From contig CAYLJV010000002.1 of the NCBI GenBank assembly GCA_964384105.1, positions 96,001-160,000 of the forward strand: a DNA stretch of 64,000 bases, written 5' to 3'. The notes under the pieces were generated by a model. It did no database searches and had not been told where the DNA came from. It saw only the letters and a list, made by a program, of their open reading frames with translations. Shown here in pieces: positions 49,801 to 60,030 of the stretch. Every line of letters starts with the position of its first letter. Within the stretch, counting starts at the first letter, position 1. The DNA is from Candidatus Hadarchaeota archaeon. Its GTDB lineage: Archaea; Hadarchaeota; Hadarchaeia; Hadarchaeales; JAGGTB01. The position numbers were made by a program, and so were the translations under genes.

Positions 49801-50784
49801 TTGCCAAAAAAAGGCCTGATAATCGGAAGATTTCAGCCATTACATAAAGGACACTTCTCCGTTTTTAAGCAAATGAACAAAGAATGTGATTTAATAATAA
49901 TCGGAGTCGGAAGCGCTCAGATTGAGAGAGAAAAAAGCAATCCATTATCTGGAGGAGAACGAATAACAATGATAAAAAAAGTCCTCGATAACCGAAAGAT
50001 AGGGCCATACGAAATCTACCCCATTCCAGACATAAACTGCTATCCAGCTTGGCCATACTATGTCAAAACGATATTACCCGAATTTGATTACCTGTATGCT
50101 CATTCCGAAACCGTACTTAGACTGTTCGAAGGAACAAGAACAAAAATAAGAAAAGTGCCATCCTTTAATAAGAGTGAATGGTCAGCTACTATAGTAAGAA
50201 GAAGGATTCGCGAAGGCAAAGAATGGAAACACTTAGTTCCAAAAGAAGTTGCAGAATTTTTAGAGGAGATAGATATGAAGGAAAGATTAAAACCGGTTTT
50301 AGAGACTAAGTCCGAAACTGAAAAGAAAATTGCTCATTTATTAACCAAGAAAAAATTGAAGATAGCAACTGCGGAATCATGCACTGGGGGATTGGTTTCA
50401 AATCGTCTCACTAATATTCCAGGCTCCTCCACTTACTTTGAAAGAGGACTAGTAACCTACAGTAATAAAGCAAAGATAGACCTTCTCGGAGTGGATGAGG
50501 AGGTACTAAAAAAAGAGGGTGCCGTAAGCAAAGAGGTAGCCAAGCAGATGGCAGAAGGATTAAGAAAAAGAGCTAAGGTGGATAATATAGGACTAGCAAC
50601 TACGGGTATTATGGGACCTGGCGGAGGTACAAAGGGAAAACCAGTAGGAACTGTTTACATGGGACTCGCACATTCCGAAGGAACTGAAATCCAGCACTTT
50701 CAGTTTTCCGGAAACAGACCGGAAGTAAAAAACCAGACCTCAGAGAAAGCTTTACAATTTGTTATAGACTTCCTCGAGAAATAA
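49801..50784 (+). CDS. NMN adenylyltransferase (NadM) fused to a CinA/PncC NMN deamidase domain
   Basis: N-terminal GRFQPLHKGH, NPLSGGER, SATIVR; C-terminal TAESCTGG, PGSS, YSNKAK, GAVS, TGIMGPGG. Confidence 0.88.
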   Translation: MPKKGLIIGRFQPLHKGHFSVFKQMNKECDLIIIGVGSAQIEREKSNPLSGGERITMIKKVLDNRKIGPYEIYPIPDINCYPAWPYYVKTILPEFDYLYAHSETVLRLFEGTRTKIRKVPSFNKSEWSATIVRRRIREGKEWKHLVPKEVAEFLEEIDMKERLKPVLETKSETEKKIAHLLTKKKLKIATAESCTGGLVSNRLTNIPGSSTYFERGLVTYSNKAKIDLLGVDEEVLKKEGAVSKEVAKQMAEGLRKRAKVDNIGLATTGIMGPGGGTKGKPVGTVYMGLAHSEGTEIQHFQFSGNRPEVKNQTSEKALQFVIDFLEK

Positions 50785-50793
50785 AACTCATAA

Positions 50794-51114
50794 TTATTCA
50801 AAATCTTCAAAAAAGTACTTTTCTAGATCTATCTTACCCTCAATAACCTCTACTCCCTCTTTCCTAAGCAATTCCACTTTTTTATCCCGTCCCAGTCTGT
50901 AACCCCCAATAGTTCCACTCGATTTAACTACTCTGTGACACGGTATCTCCACCGGATTGGGGTTCTTTGATAGAGCATTGCCCACCGCCCTTGCAGCCTT
51001 TGGCTTCCCAAGGGCTATTGCTACTTGTTTATAAGTAGAAACTTTTCCTTCTGGAATTTTTGAAATTAAATCCAATACTCTCTTATCAAATTTTGTCATT
51101 TCCAACTTGTTCAT
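50794..51114 (-). CDS. O6-alkylguanine-DNA alkyltransferase, single domain
   Basis: IPEGKVSTY, ARAVG, PCHRVV active-site motif. Confidence 0.88.
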   Translation of the reverse strand: MNKLEMTKFDKRVLDLISKIPEGKVSTYKQVAIALGKPKAARAVGNALSKNPNPVEIPCHRVVKSSGTIGGYRLGRDKKVELLRKEGVEVIEGKIDLEKYFFEDFE

Positions 51115-51270
51115 TGAACAATGAATACAAAAATTTTGTTGAATCAAATCGTAACTAACTTAAATACTGATTAATGAATCTCCATACCTTTTAGAATCTT
51201 GGAAAACCAATAAAAGAAATTGAATTAAGGACCTCTAACAAAAATGAAACTATCAAAATAGAAAAGAAGG

Positions 51271-52329
51271 ATGAAAAGATTGATAGAGATAGATGGTTCC
51301 AGAGGTGAAGGAGGAGGGAGTGTAGTAAGACTCTCAACTGCCCTGGCAACTACTCTTGGGGAGCCGATCAGAATATACAATATTCGAATAAAAAGAGATA
51401 ACCCCGGCCTGAGACCCCAGCATCTGATGGGACTGCGGGCACTCGCGGAACTCTGCAATGGGAATCTAACTGGAGATGAAGTAGGCTCTAAAGAAATAAA
51501 GCTCGATCCTGGAAAGATTCAGGGTGGAGATATACTAGTCGAAATAGAGACTGCAGGTAGCATATGTCTAGTACTTCAAACCTTAATGATCCCTGCAGCT
51601 TTTTCGAAATCAAATACTAATATAAAGTTTAGAGGAGGAGCAACTGACACATTTTTCGCTCCACCTATAGACTACCTGAAAAACGTTACACTTCCCATGC
51701 TCAGAAAGATGGGATACATAGGCGAAGTAAAATGTGTCAGACGTGGTCATTACCCAAAAGGCGGAGCTATAGCAGAGGCAAAAATATCTCCAATAGAGAA
51801 ACTTAAACCAATTCACCTTGAAGAGCTGGGTGAGGTTAAAAGTATATCCGGGAGGTCCCACTGTGCCAAACTTCCCGGTCATATAGCTAAGAGGCAAGCT
51901 GAATCTGCAGAGAAATACTTGGAGAATTCGGGATACAAAGCCAATATCGGCATTGAATCTTACGAAAAATCCGAGGACCCCCACATAGGACCTGGCACCG
52001 GAATAACCCTGTGGACAAAAACGGAAAACGGAGCTATCTTGGGAACCAGTTCCCTCGGTAAAAAGGGTAAATCTGCCGAGGTAGTGGGAGAGGAAGCCGC
52101 GAAGAGTCTCATAAAACAGATAAAAACCGGTTGTTCTTTCGATCTCTACCTGACCGACCAGATAATACCCTACATGGCATTGGCGGAAGGTAAATCGGTG
52201 ATAACCGGTTCGGAAATTACTTCCCATACTTTGACAAACGTAAAAATTGCGGAAGAGATTCTGAGAGTTGACTTCGATGTGAAAGATAAAAAAGGTCAAC
52301 CGGGGAAAATATCCGTCGAAAAAAACTAG
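51271..52329 (+). CDS. rtcA: RNA 3'-terminal phosphate cyclase
   Basis: DGSRGEGGG, PGLRPQHL, RGHYPKGG, DQIIPYMA, SHTLTN motifs. Confidence 0.93.
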   Translation: MKRLIEIDGSRGEGGGSVVRLSTALATTLGEPIRIYNIRIKRDNPGLRPQHLMGLRALAELCNGNLTGDEVGSKEIKLDPGKIQGGDILVEIETAGSICLVLQTLMIPAAFSKSNTNIKFRGGATDTFFAPPIDYLKNVTLPMLRKMGYIGEVKCVRRGHYPKGGAIAEAKISPIEKLKPIHLEELGEVKSISGRSHCAKLPGHIAKRQAESAEKYLENSGYKANIGIESYEKSEDPHIGPGTGITLWTKTENGAILGTSSLGKKGKSAEVVGEEAAKSLIKQIKTGCSFDLYLTDQIIPYMALAEGKSVITGSEITSHTLTNVKIAEEILRVDFDVKDKKGQPGKISVEKN

Positions 52330-52580
52330 AAATCATAATCTTCTGTTCTTCAAATGAAATATAACTGACCTCTAAATTTCTTAGAATAACTAAATTTTCC
52401 TCTTGAAAATATTATCAAAAATATTTCTCAAATTACTTATGTCAAAAAGTGAAATTCGATTTTCCAATCTCTACTAAAATTCGAAATATAGAGTCGATAG
52501 AAAGAAGCTCCAAAAATTAACGTCTAAGATTTATCTCTTTATAAAACCCCTTCGACTCAAAAATTGTCGATAACCTGAAC

Positions 52581-52835
52581 ATGTTGATAATTTCGATAAT
52601 AGGTCTGGCCCTGGGATGGCACATGAGTATAATGATCTTCGATCACATAATTCTGCCCAGAAGAAAAAAGCCCTCGACCGAAAAAATACTCAAATCGATA
52701 GAGATGGACTTACTCCAAAATCTAAGAAGGCGATTGGAAAAGCTTCCCAGTGAAAAGTTAAAGAAATCCCCCTATCAAGATTGGTCGACAAAATCTGAAA
52801 TTTGGTTTAATAAGTTAGATGAGTCCCATAAATAA
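52581..52835 (+). CDS. Hypothetical small protein with N-terminal hydrophobic segment
   Basis: ORF overlaps the next gene; hydrophobic start then basic residues; no family recognised. Confidence 0.45.
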   Translation: MLIISIIGLALGWHMSIMIFDHIILPRRKKPSTEKILKSIEMDLLQNLRRRLEKLPSEKLKKSPYQDWSTKSEIWFNKLDESHK

Positions 52836-53412
52836 TCACCCCGAAAAAATATTGAAAAACATAGAAGAATTTCTGAGTATTGAGCCTCAAAACATACACG
52901 ATGGAAATAGAAAAGGAAAAGAGATTTTAGAAGATTTAGAAAACATAGAAGGTCTTATTTTCAAAAAAGAGATCAAAAAGAAATTCGATAAAATAACATC
53001 CAGAGTCAAAACTCAGTACTCTAAACTCTCAAAAGACATTAACTACCTAGAAAGAACCGCTTTAGAATCAGATTGGAAAAAACTAGCAAAAAAGGATTTG
53101 TCAAGCTTTATAGAAGAGGTAATGTCCCTCCAGGAATTTCTTAGCCGACACAAAAGCACCATTCGAAGAAACTTCAATGAGGTAAAATACGGATTCGATC
53201 TTCAAGACTTGGCAAACACTCTCAGAAAAAAAGACGTGGTTGATGAAATAACAGTCTCAAAATTTTTTCGGTTATTACATAGGATGGAAGAAAATGAAAT
53301 TCAATCCAAAACAGAGGAATTCAAAGATAACCTCGAAAGGATTTCGGAATTACTTCTCATTTTGAAGGAACTAAAAACAGGGGAAAAGAACATTGGGCGA
53401 ACAGAAAACTGA
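52819..53412 (+). CDS. Hypothetical alpha-helical protein
   Basis: 197 aa ORF with host-like composition, overlapping both neighbours. Confidence 0.6.
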   Translation: MSPINNHPEKILKNIEEFLSIEPQNIHDGNRKGKEILEDLENIEGLIFKKEIKKKFDKITSRVKTQYSKLSKDINYLERTALESDWKKLAKKDLSSFIEEVMSLQEFLSRHKSTIRRNFNEVKYGFDLQDLANTLRKKDVVDEITVSKFFRLLHRMEENEIQSKTEEFKDNLERISELLLILKELKTGEKNIGRTEN

Positions 53413-53656
53413 GAAGAAGGTTTTGGCAGCACACGGAAGGTGGATAAAAGAACTCCAGGAATCCCTCAAGGTCATGAAACTTGACATAGATCATCTCAAA
53501 AAGAGAATATCTGTATTTGAAAACGAGACCTCCGCTATCACAAAACATAGAGGGGAGTTGAAATCCGAGATAAGCTCTCTCAGAAACGAACTAAGGTCAC
53601 TAAAGTCAGAGATTGGAAACCTTCGACAAAATAGAGATGGTAAAAATAAAGAATAA
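53393..53656 (+). CDS. Hypothetical coiled-coil protein
   Basis: Heptad pattern LKSEISSLRNELRSLKSEIGNL; overlaps the ATPase start. Confidence 0.6.
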   Translation: MGEQKTEKKVLAAHGRWIKELQESLKVMKLDIDHLKKRISVFENETSAITKHRGELKSEISSLRNELRSLKSEIGNLRQNRDGKNKE

Positions 53657-55808
53657 AATAAAATCCATCGGAGAAAATCGGATTTTAAAACTAGATTGTA
53701 AAAATTGCGAACAGGCTCCTTCTCTAAAAAGTAGCAAGTGCATGAAGGACATGCTAACTGTACTCGAGGAGCACGTAGATATCGATAAAGCAGTGTTGGA
53801 TGGAAATTACGTTCAGGAATATGATGAGAAGGATCTATCTCTCTTAAAGAATTTCGTTAAAGACCTCAAAGAGTCAATATACACTGCGCTAAAGAAAACA
53901 AGTCCGAAAGATTGTAGAGAATGCGAGGAAAAACGAAAGAAAAAGATAAGAGAAATTTGGAAGGAACTCAAGGAGAATCCAAGAAGAGGACTAGAACAAC
54001 TTAAGCAATACAAATCTGAAACCAAGAAGAAATCGGAAAGTGGAGCAGAGAAGTGCAAAATTTGCAGGGGAAAATTCTCCGAAAAAGGCCTAAAACCAGC
54101 CCATAAGTCGCTATCTAAAAACGAACTAATCCAAAAAATCGTAGAGGCCGGGGAGAAAAAAGGTAAGAAAATATTCAATCCAACCGTCCGACCGAGGTTC
54201 CTTCGCTCTAAACTCAAACTAGAACCAATGAAAAAAGCGGAACTAGTCGATGCTTACGAAATTGGCGCGAGCAAAGTGAGAATATATTATTCATCAGAAA
54301 GACTTCAGCACTTCTACTTTCTAATTCCACCTGAGTATAGATTATCCCCGAAGTACGTGGAGATCCTAGAAGAGGTGCGAAGAAAGCTTCTCAAATTAAA
54401 AGGAAGCCCCGACACAAGGCGAGCAAAGAAGGAGATCGAAAAGAAAGGCAGCGCGTTAATGAGAGATATTTGCCTTGAGAGAGAATTAGATGCAGATAAT
54501 GAAAAAATAAACAAACTCTCAAAATCCCTAGCCAAGTTTACCGCGGGACTGGGAATAGTAGATAACCTGTTATCAGACCCGAAAATCCAAGATATATACG
54601 TAGATGCCCCGATAGAGAAGCTACCGGTCCACATATACCACCAAGACTACGAGGAATGTCTAACGAATGTTTTTCTAACTGAAGAAGACACTCAGATTCT
54701 AACATCTAAATTCAGATCAATAAGCGGCAGACCTTTCTCTGAAGCAAATCCAAAAATAGACCTCAACATGGAGGACGTTAGGATAACTGCAATAAACAAG
54801 CCACTCAGTCCCGACGGGTTGGCACTCGCAATACGGAGACACAAATCCACACCCTGGACGCTCCCGCTATTTATAAAAAAAGATTTTCTCACACCAGAGG
54901 CAGCGGGATTATTGAGCCTACTCGTTGATTCGCAAGCTTCGATGCTGATCACTGGAAGCAGAGGAGCCGGGAAAACTTCCCTCCTGGGAGCACTAATGAT
55001 CGAACTACTGCCGAAATACAGGATCATATGTTTAGAAGACACGGCCGAGTTACCCGTCAAGAAATTAAGAAAGCTTGGACACAAAACTCAGAGACTGCAG
55101 GTCCGCCCATCTATCTCCGGATCTGAAATCGAAATGAACACCGAAGAAACACTCAGAACAGCTCTGAGGCTTGGCGAATCGGTTTTGATTATGGGTGAAG
55201 TCAGAGGACCCGAAGCAAAATCGCTTTACGAAGCCATGAGAATCGGAGCTGCTGGAAATTCTGTAATGGGTACAATACATGGATCCTCAGCAAAAGACGT
55301 CTTCGAGAGAGTAGTGTACGACCTAGAAATTCCTCCATCCTCCTTTAAGGCAACCGATGCGATAGCGGTTGCTTCTCCGATAAGATCTAGGGGAAGCATC
55401 AAAAGAACTCGAAAACTAGTTCAGATCACAGAAGTCGGAAGTGATTGGGAAAATAATCCGATCAAAGAAGATGGGTTCAGAGATCTTCTCTCATATGACC
55501 CAAAAGAAGAGAAACTGAAAACCACTTCCCAACTGGATGACAACAAATCCATCTTGTTAAAGAAAATCGCCAAGAAATGGTCCATGAAAATTTCCGAGGT
55601 CAGAAAAAATCTAAAGCTCAGAACAAAGGTCCAGAGGAAAATGGTGGAAACTGCCTCCGAAACCGAAAATCCCGAGTTATTAGAACCAAAAAACATCGTC
55701 AAATCAAATCTTCGTCTTCACAGTCATCTAGAAGAGGAGATCGGCAAAGGAAAAATCGACTATGGAGAAGTCTTTTCGAAATGGAATGATTGGTTAAAAG
55801 GAGTATAG
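53613..55808 (+). CDS. Type II/IV secretion or pilus-assembly ATPase (VirB11/TadA-like) with Cys-rich N-terminus
   Basis: Walker A GSRGAGKT, LEDTAEL Asp box, Walker B LIMGEVRG, GTIH; N-terminal CKNC, CREC, CKIC; exact start uncertain. Confidence 0.88.
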   Translation: METFDKIEMVKIKNKIKSIGENRILKLDCKNCEQAPSLKSSKCMKDMLTVLEEHVDIDKAVLDGNYVQEYDEKDLSLLKNFVKDLKESIYTALKKTSPKDCRECEEKRKKKIREIWKELKENPRRGLEQLKQYKSETKKKSESGAEKCKICRGKFSEKGLKPAHKSLSKNELIQKIVEAGEKKGKKIFNPTVRPRFLRSKLKLEPMKKAELVDAYEIGASKVRIYYSSERLQHFYFLIPPEYRLSPKYVEILEEVRRKLLKLKGSPDTRRAKKEIEKKGSALMRDICLERELDADNEKINKLSKSLAKFTAGLGIVDNLLSDPKIQDIYVDAPIEKLPVHIYHQDYEECLTNVFLTEEDTQILTSKFRSISGRPFSEANPKIDLNMEDVRITAINKPLSPDGLALAIRRHKSTPWTLPLFIKKDFLTPEAAGLLSLLVDSQASMLITGSRGAGKTSLLGALMIELLPKYRIICLEDTAELPVKKLRKLGHKTQRLQVRPSISGSEIEMNTEETLRTALRLGESVLIMGEVRGPEAKSLYEAMRIGAAGNSVMGTIHGSSAKDVFERVVYDLEIPPSSFKATDAIAVASPIRSRGSIKRTRKLVQITEVGSDWENNPIKEDGFRDLLSYDPKEEKLKTTSQLDDNKSILLKKIAKKWSMKISEVRKNLKLRTKVQRKMVETASETENPELLEPKNIVKSNLRLHSHLEEEIGKGKIDYGEVFSKWNDWLKGV

Positions 55809-55811
55809 AAG

Positions 55812-57587
55812 ATGGAACTCGGTCAGTTGTACTTCCGATTATGCAAGATCGCGGGAAAGTCCAAAAAACTAAAATCTATTCAAAAGTCCCCGAAAGAGCT
55901 CGAAAATAATCTCGAAATTCTAAACTCGGAAGTTACAGGAGAGGAGATTATAGCTCTTGCATATTTAGTACTCCTAGCAGGACTCTCCTTTACAGCAATA
56001 TTTCTAGCACTCGCCTGGTTTATCAAAATTTCATTTATTATACCGCTGACTACCGGTTTTTCCACTTTTCTTGTCTATTTCATAGTAGGATGGTATCCAA
56101 GTTGGAAGGCTCAGAACAGAAAAGCAAAGGAAATGAGAAGGATCCCCCAGTTACTCAACTATATCACTATTCTGCTAAAGATAACTCCAAACCTTGAGAA
56201 AGCAATCAAGTTTGCAGCCAGAAACTTGGAAAGATCACTTGGGAAAACTCTAAAAAAGGAATTCTGGCTACTCTGTATCAGCGAATATCCGGATGCGAGA
56301 GAAACTCTAACTCAAATCAGTGAAAAACTAGAGAAACAAAATTCTGGAACAAAGCGATCAATAGATCTAGTAAAGAGTTCTGTAAAAGAAAAAAATAGAG
56401 AAAGCCGGACCGAGATCCTCGATCAAGCCCTAAAAGCGAGTTTTCGAGAAGTCCGAAATCAGATGAAAAATTTTGCTTCAAACCTTCAACTACCTACTGT
56501 GGTTCTATATGGGGTAGGAGTTCTAATGCCACTTACTCTGCTGGCAATAATCCCAGTGCTATCATCAACTGGGATAAATATTGGTGGGAAAGAAATCGCA
56601 TCTATTTATTGCATAATACTTCCCGTCAGTATACACTCGCTCAAAAAGCAAATTTTGTCAAAACGGCCCTCAGCCTTCTTTTCCTACGATATACCCTCAA
56701 GAGACAACAAACTAAAGGCGACTTTGATATCTGTTACAGTGTTTATAGCACCCATATTATTGACATTCGTTTTAGACCTATCCCACTATATGATAGTCTT
56801 CGTCTCACTCTGGAGTTTGACCACCGGAATATCCGTCTTCTGTTATCTAAATTCGGTTAAAACCTACAAGATCAGAAACAAAAATCTAAACCTGGAAAAA
56901 GAATTCTGCGAAACCCTCCTACAACTGGGATATCAGTTGAAAAACAAATATCCCGCTGAAGTAGCTTTTCGAAGGACCGCAAAGATATCCAAGGGAGGTG
57001 AGATATCAAAGGTTCTAGAAAAGACTTCGATAAACATCCAAACCAGAGGGATGGACACTTTCTCAGCTTTCTTTGACGAAGAGATCGGATCTTTGAAAGG
57101 AGTCTATTCAACTTCTATAAGAAATACTTTCAAGCTCCTAACAGACCTATTAAACCAGAGTTCCGAAGTCGCCGGAGAAGCCATTCTTCACTCTGCAAGA
57201 CACCTGCAAAAACTGAGAGAAATAGAAAGGAAAATTCGGAGAACTCTAAGTGAAATTGTAAATTCAATGAAATCTGTATCTATATTTTTCGCTCCCTTCG
57301 TAGCTTCCGTAACAATAAAAATTCAACAGGTTGTTTCCAAAAGAACCAATGTCGTGCCGATCTTAGGTTCCGGCGTTCAAATCTCACAATCCGTGCTGTT
57401 GGGTATCCTAGGTTTCTACACTCTTGCACTAACAATGCTACTATCAAGTTACATAGTAGAGATCGAACAAGGTGATGATAGATTAAAAAAGATGAGAGAA
57501 ATATCCAACAATCTACCTATAGCTATGACAATATTCAGTTTTGGATTGATTATCGGGGATAAAGCAATCTCTTTAATGTCCATATAA
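55812..57587 (+). CDS. TadC/GspF-like membrane platform protein
   Basis: Two repeats of TM helices plus cytoplasmic domain (PNLEKA; YPAEVAF), directly after the secretion ATPase. Confidence 0.75.
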   Translation: MELGQLYFRLCKIAGKSKKLKSIQKSPKELENNLEILNSEVTGEEIIALAYLVLLAGLSFTAIFLALAWFIKISFIIPLTTGFSTFLVYFIVGWYPSWKAQNRKAKEMRRIPQLLNYITILLKITPNLEKAIKFAARNLERSLGKTLKKEFWLLCISEYPDARETLTQISEKLEKQNSGTKRSIDLVKSSVKEKNRESRTEILDQALKASFREVRNQMKNFASNLQLPTVVLYGVGVLMPLTLLAIIPVLSSTGINIGGKEIASIYCIILPVSIHSLKKQILSKRPSAFFSYDIPSRDNKLKATLISVTVFIAPILLTFVLDLSHYMIVFVSLWSLTTGISVFCYLNSVKTYKIRNKNLNLEKEFCETLLQLGYQLKNKYPAEVAFRRTAKISKGGEISKVLEKTSINIQTRGMDTFSAFFDEEIGSLKGVYSTSIRNTFKLLTDLLNQSSEVAGEAILHSARHLQKLREIERKIRRTLSEIVNSMKSVSIFFAPFVASVTIKIQQVVSKRTNVVPILGSGVQISQSVLLGILGFYTLALTMLLSSYIVEIEQGDDRLKKMREISNNLPIAMTIFSFGLIIGDKAISLMSI

Positions 57588-57638
57588 GGGGAAACACTCG
57601 CAAACTTTAATTATTTGGCCGGCTGAAAAGCTTACGGA

Positions 57639-57713
57639 GCGACCGTAGTCCAGTGGCTAAGACACCGGCTTGCCATGCCGGTAACCCGGGTTCAAATCCC
57701 GGCGGTCGCACCA
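57639..57713 (+). tRNA. tRNA-Gly(GCC), CCA encoded; integration target
   Basis: GCGACCG/CGGTCGC acceptor stem, CCGGC-TTGCCAT-GCCGG anticodon arm, GGTTCAAATCC. Confidence 0.95.
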
Positions 57714-58088
57714 CAACTCTTTTTCAGAAAAAGCGTTAACGGAAAAATTAGAAGGCTCATTTTTCTTTTAGAGCGTTTCCTAAGATTTTTGACAAATTTA
57801 TATTCCCTTTTTAACCTCTTAGCGAAGTTGTTTTATCTCTCTTAAAATTGTTTTTTAGTTCGATCTCCGAAAAAACTCAAAAATCTAAAGAACGAAAAAA
57901 AAAATTCAATTCTCATTAATATCACTATTAAACAAAATTCCTTTCTCTAGCTCAAATTAAAGAAGAGTAACAGGATTCTATACACTTTAAAAAGATTGCA
58001 AGTAAAGTTTTGCCTTTTAAAATTAAAGGATTTCTTAAAAATGTTAATAGATAGTTTTACAAACTATTTTTTAGTTCAGGAAGGTTAA

Positions 58089-58976
58089 ATGGAATCAGAA
58101 TCTTTAGGCGCATTTTTTTCGATTTTAGCGGCCATAAGTATCTCTATACGTTACTATTTTCTGAGAAAAACCATACATCTTAAAGGGGTAATATATTCAG
58201 TTTTTATTACCTTTTTGCTTGGAGCGTTATTTTTTATTCCGGTATCGATAATTTTGAATTATCCGAATTTCGAACTCCCTAAAATCGGTATAACAATCTT
58301 CGTTATATTGGGATTACTAGAATTTCTTATAGTCCGTTGCGAATTTGAAGGTATTAGACATATTGGTGCCTCAAAAACTTCGCCAATAATAATGGGCTCT
58401 TTGCTTATTGCTTCACTGATTAGTGTTCTTTTTCTCGGAGAAAATGTTGAAATTCCGCATTGGATTGGAATTATCTTACTCTTTTCTGGGGTTGCAATAG
58501 TTAGCTACGAGTCTAACAAAAATAATCAGAAATCAGGAACTATCCTGTCAGTGGGTATTGTCTTTCCATTTATTGCTATGATACTGATTGGAGTTGCAAT
58601 TCCCCTAGTCAATTTGGGTTATTCCAAAGGTGTGCCTGTCACAATTGGATTAGCTATCACACAACTTGTGGCTCTCCTTATTCTGACATTTTTCTCCCGA
58701 TATAAAAGCTGGAATTTATCTAATTCTTTCAATACAGAGGAAAGGAGTTTATATTTTGGTGTTGGTGTCTCCTACGTTGTTTTTTATTTATTTTTTTATT
58801 TCGCTCTTAGTATTGCACCTGTTTCAGTTGTATCCCCATTCAATGGAACAGGACCTCTATTTGTTCTGATAGTTTCATATCTTTTTTTGAAGCAACTTGA
58901 AAAAATTACCAAAATTTTAGTAGTTGGAATAATTTTGACAGTCTTGGGAGCAGTTCTCGTCGGAGTTTTTATGTAA
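58089..58976 (+). CDS. EamA/DMT-family transporter (cargo gene)
   Basis: About 10 TM helices in two repeats; IGASKTSPI, FLGE, APVSVVSP; visibly more T-rich than host plus-strand genes. Confidence 0.85.
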   Translation: MESESLGAFFSILAAISISIRYYFLRKTIHLKGVIYSVFITFLLGALFFIPVSIILNYPNFELPKIGITIFVILGLLEFLIVRCEFEGIRHIGASKTSPIIMGSLLIASLISVLFLGENVEIPHWIGIILLFSGVAIVSYESNKNNQKSGTILSVGIVFPFIAMILIGVAIPLVNLGYSKGVPVTIGLAITQLVALLILTFFSRYKSWNLSNSFNTEERSLYFGVGVSYVVFYLFFYFALSIAPVSVVSPFNGTGPLFVLIVSYLFLKQLEKITKILVVGIILTVLGAVLVGVFM

Positions 58977-59470
58977 TTTTAGTTATTTTCCATCTTCATC
59001 ATATTTGTAAACCTATATGACTCATCTTTGAATTTCCATAAAAGAAAGTTTAATCTTTTCAGATAAATCTGTAGGTGTTAATATTTTTCTAAGGAATAGT
59101 CCGAAAGTTTTGATTTCCAAAGCTTGAGGAATTCTAAGTTATTGGCCTGTTATTCCAAGATTTTTAAACCTGCTTTCTCATAGACTTCTTTCAATCTCTC
59201 AGGAGAATAATCAGTATAATGTTTAGCTCTGACAGAACGTGGTATTCTACCACAGAAAGCGTCTATATGTTCTCCACTAACTCCTTGGTTTCTCATTTCT
59301 TTGGCAAACCATTTCCTCAAATCTTGTGGCGTGATAGTCTCAATATCTGCTTTCTTAGAATTTTTTCGAAAAATTCTATTTGATGACCGAGCCCGTATAG
59401 AAAAGATTTCATCTTTGGTATCTCTCTCATTTAGATATTCTTTCAAATGAGTTTCGGCTTCCTCGTTATA

Positions 59471-59520
59471 GAAAGTCACGTAGGTTCTTTTAGTCGAAAG
59501 TCACGTAGGTTCTTTTAGTC
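59471..59520 (+). repeat. Perfect 25-bp tandem duplication
   Basis: GAAAGTCACGTAGGTTCTTTTAGTC at 59471-59495 and 59496-59520. Confidence 0.95.
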
Positions 59521-60030
59521 CTTGGGTTCTTCGCGGGAATCACCATCCTTTTCTCAAAATCTATATCCTCCTTAGTCAAATTGAAAAGCTCATTTCTTCT
59601 GAGCCCAGTCGTAGCAAACATCAACAGAACCGTTTTGTCCCGGAGAGACTCCATGGCTTCGTAAAGTTTCTGGACTTCTTCCTTTGAAGGCGGACTATCG
59701 TTACTCGGTTGGGGCTGTGGCATAGAGAGTTTTTCAGCTATATCCGTTCCTAAATGGTCTCGAGAGAACACTCTAAGTGATTTTACTTTGTTAGCGTAAG
59801 TGGAGGGTGCATAGTCCTCTTTCCATTTTCTTAACCAATTCCTGATATCCTCTTTTCCAATCTTCCTGAGAGGCTTGTCTACAAATTTCAAGAATTTTTC
59901 AATGTTTCGGATATGTTGTTTGACGGTTCTATCTGCAAGATTCTTGTCTATCTCTAACAATCCTCGGAATTCCTTTATTATTTCCTCGATTGAAGTTTTT
60001 TCGTAGACTTTTTTTCTAAAAAAGGTCTAT

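Noticed and set aside
51610-52299. 229 aa minus-strand ORF, and many similar 60-190 aa antisense ORFs across the window
   Set aside because: They lie wholly opposite well-supported genes (here rtcA), are Phe/Ser-rich shadows of A-rich coding strands, and show no motifs.
60027-60029. In-frame TAG in the integrase considered as pyrrolysine or read-through recoding
   Set aside because: The same gene carries a frameshifting duplication, other genes here use TAG as a normal stop, and no pyl genes are in the window; decay is the simpler explanation.
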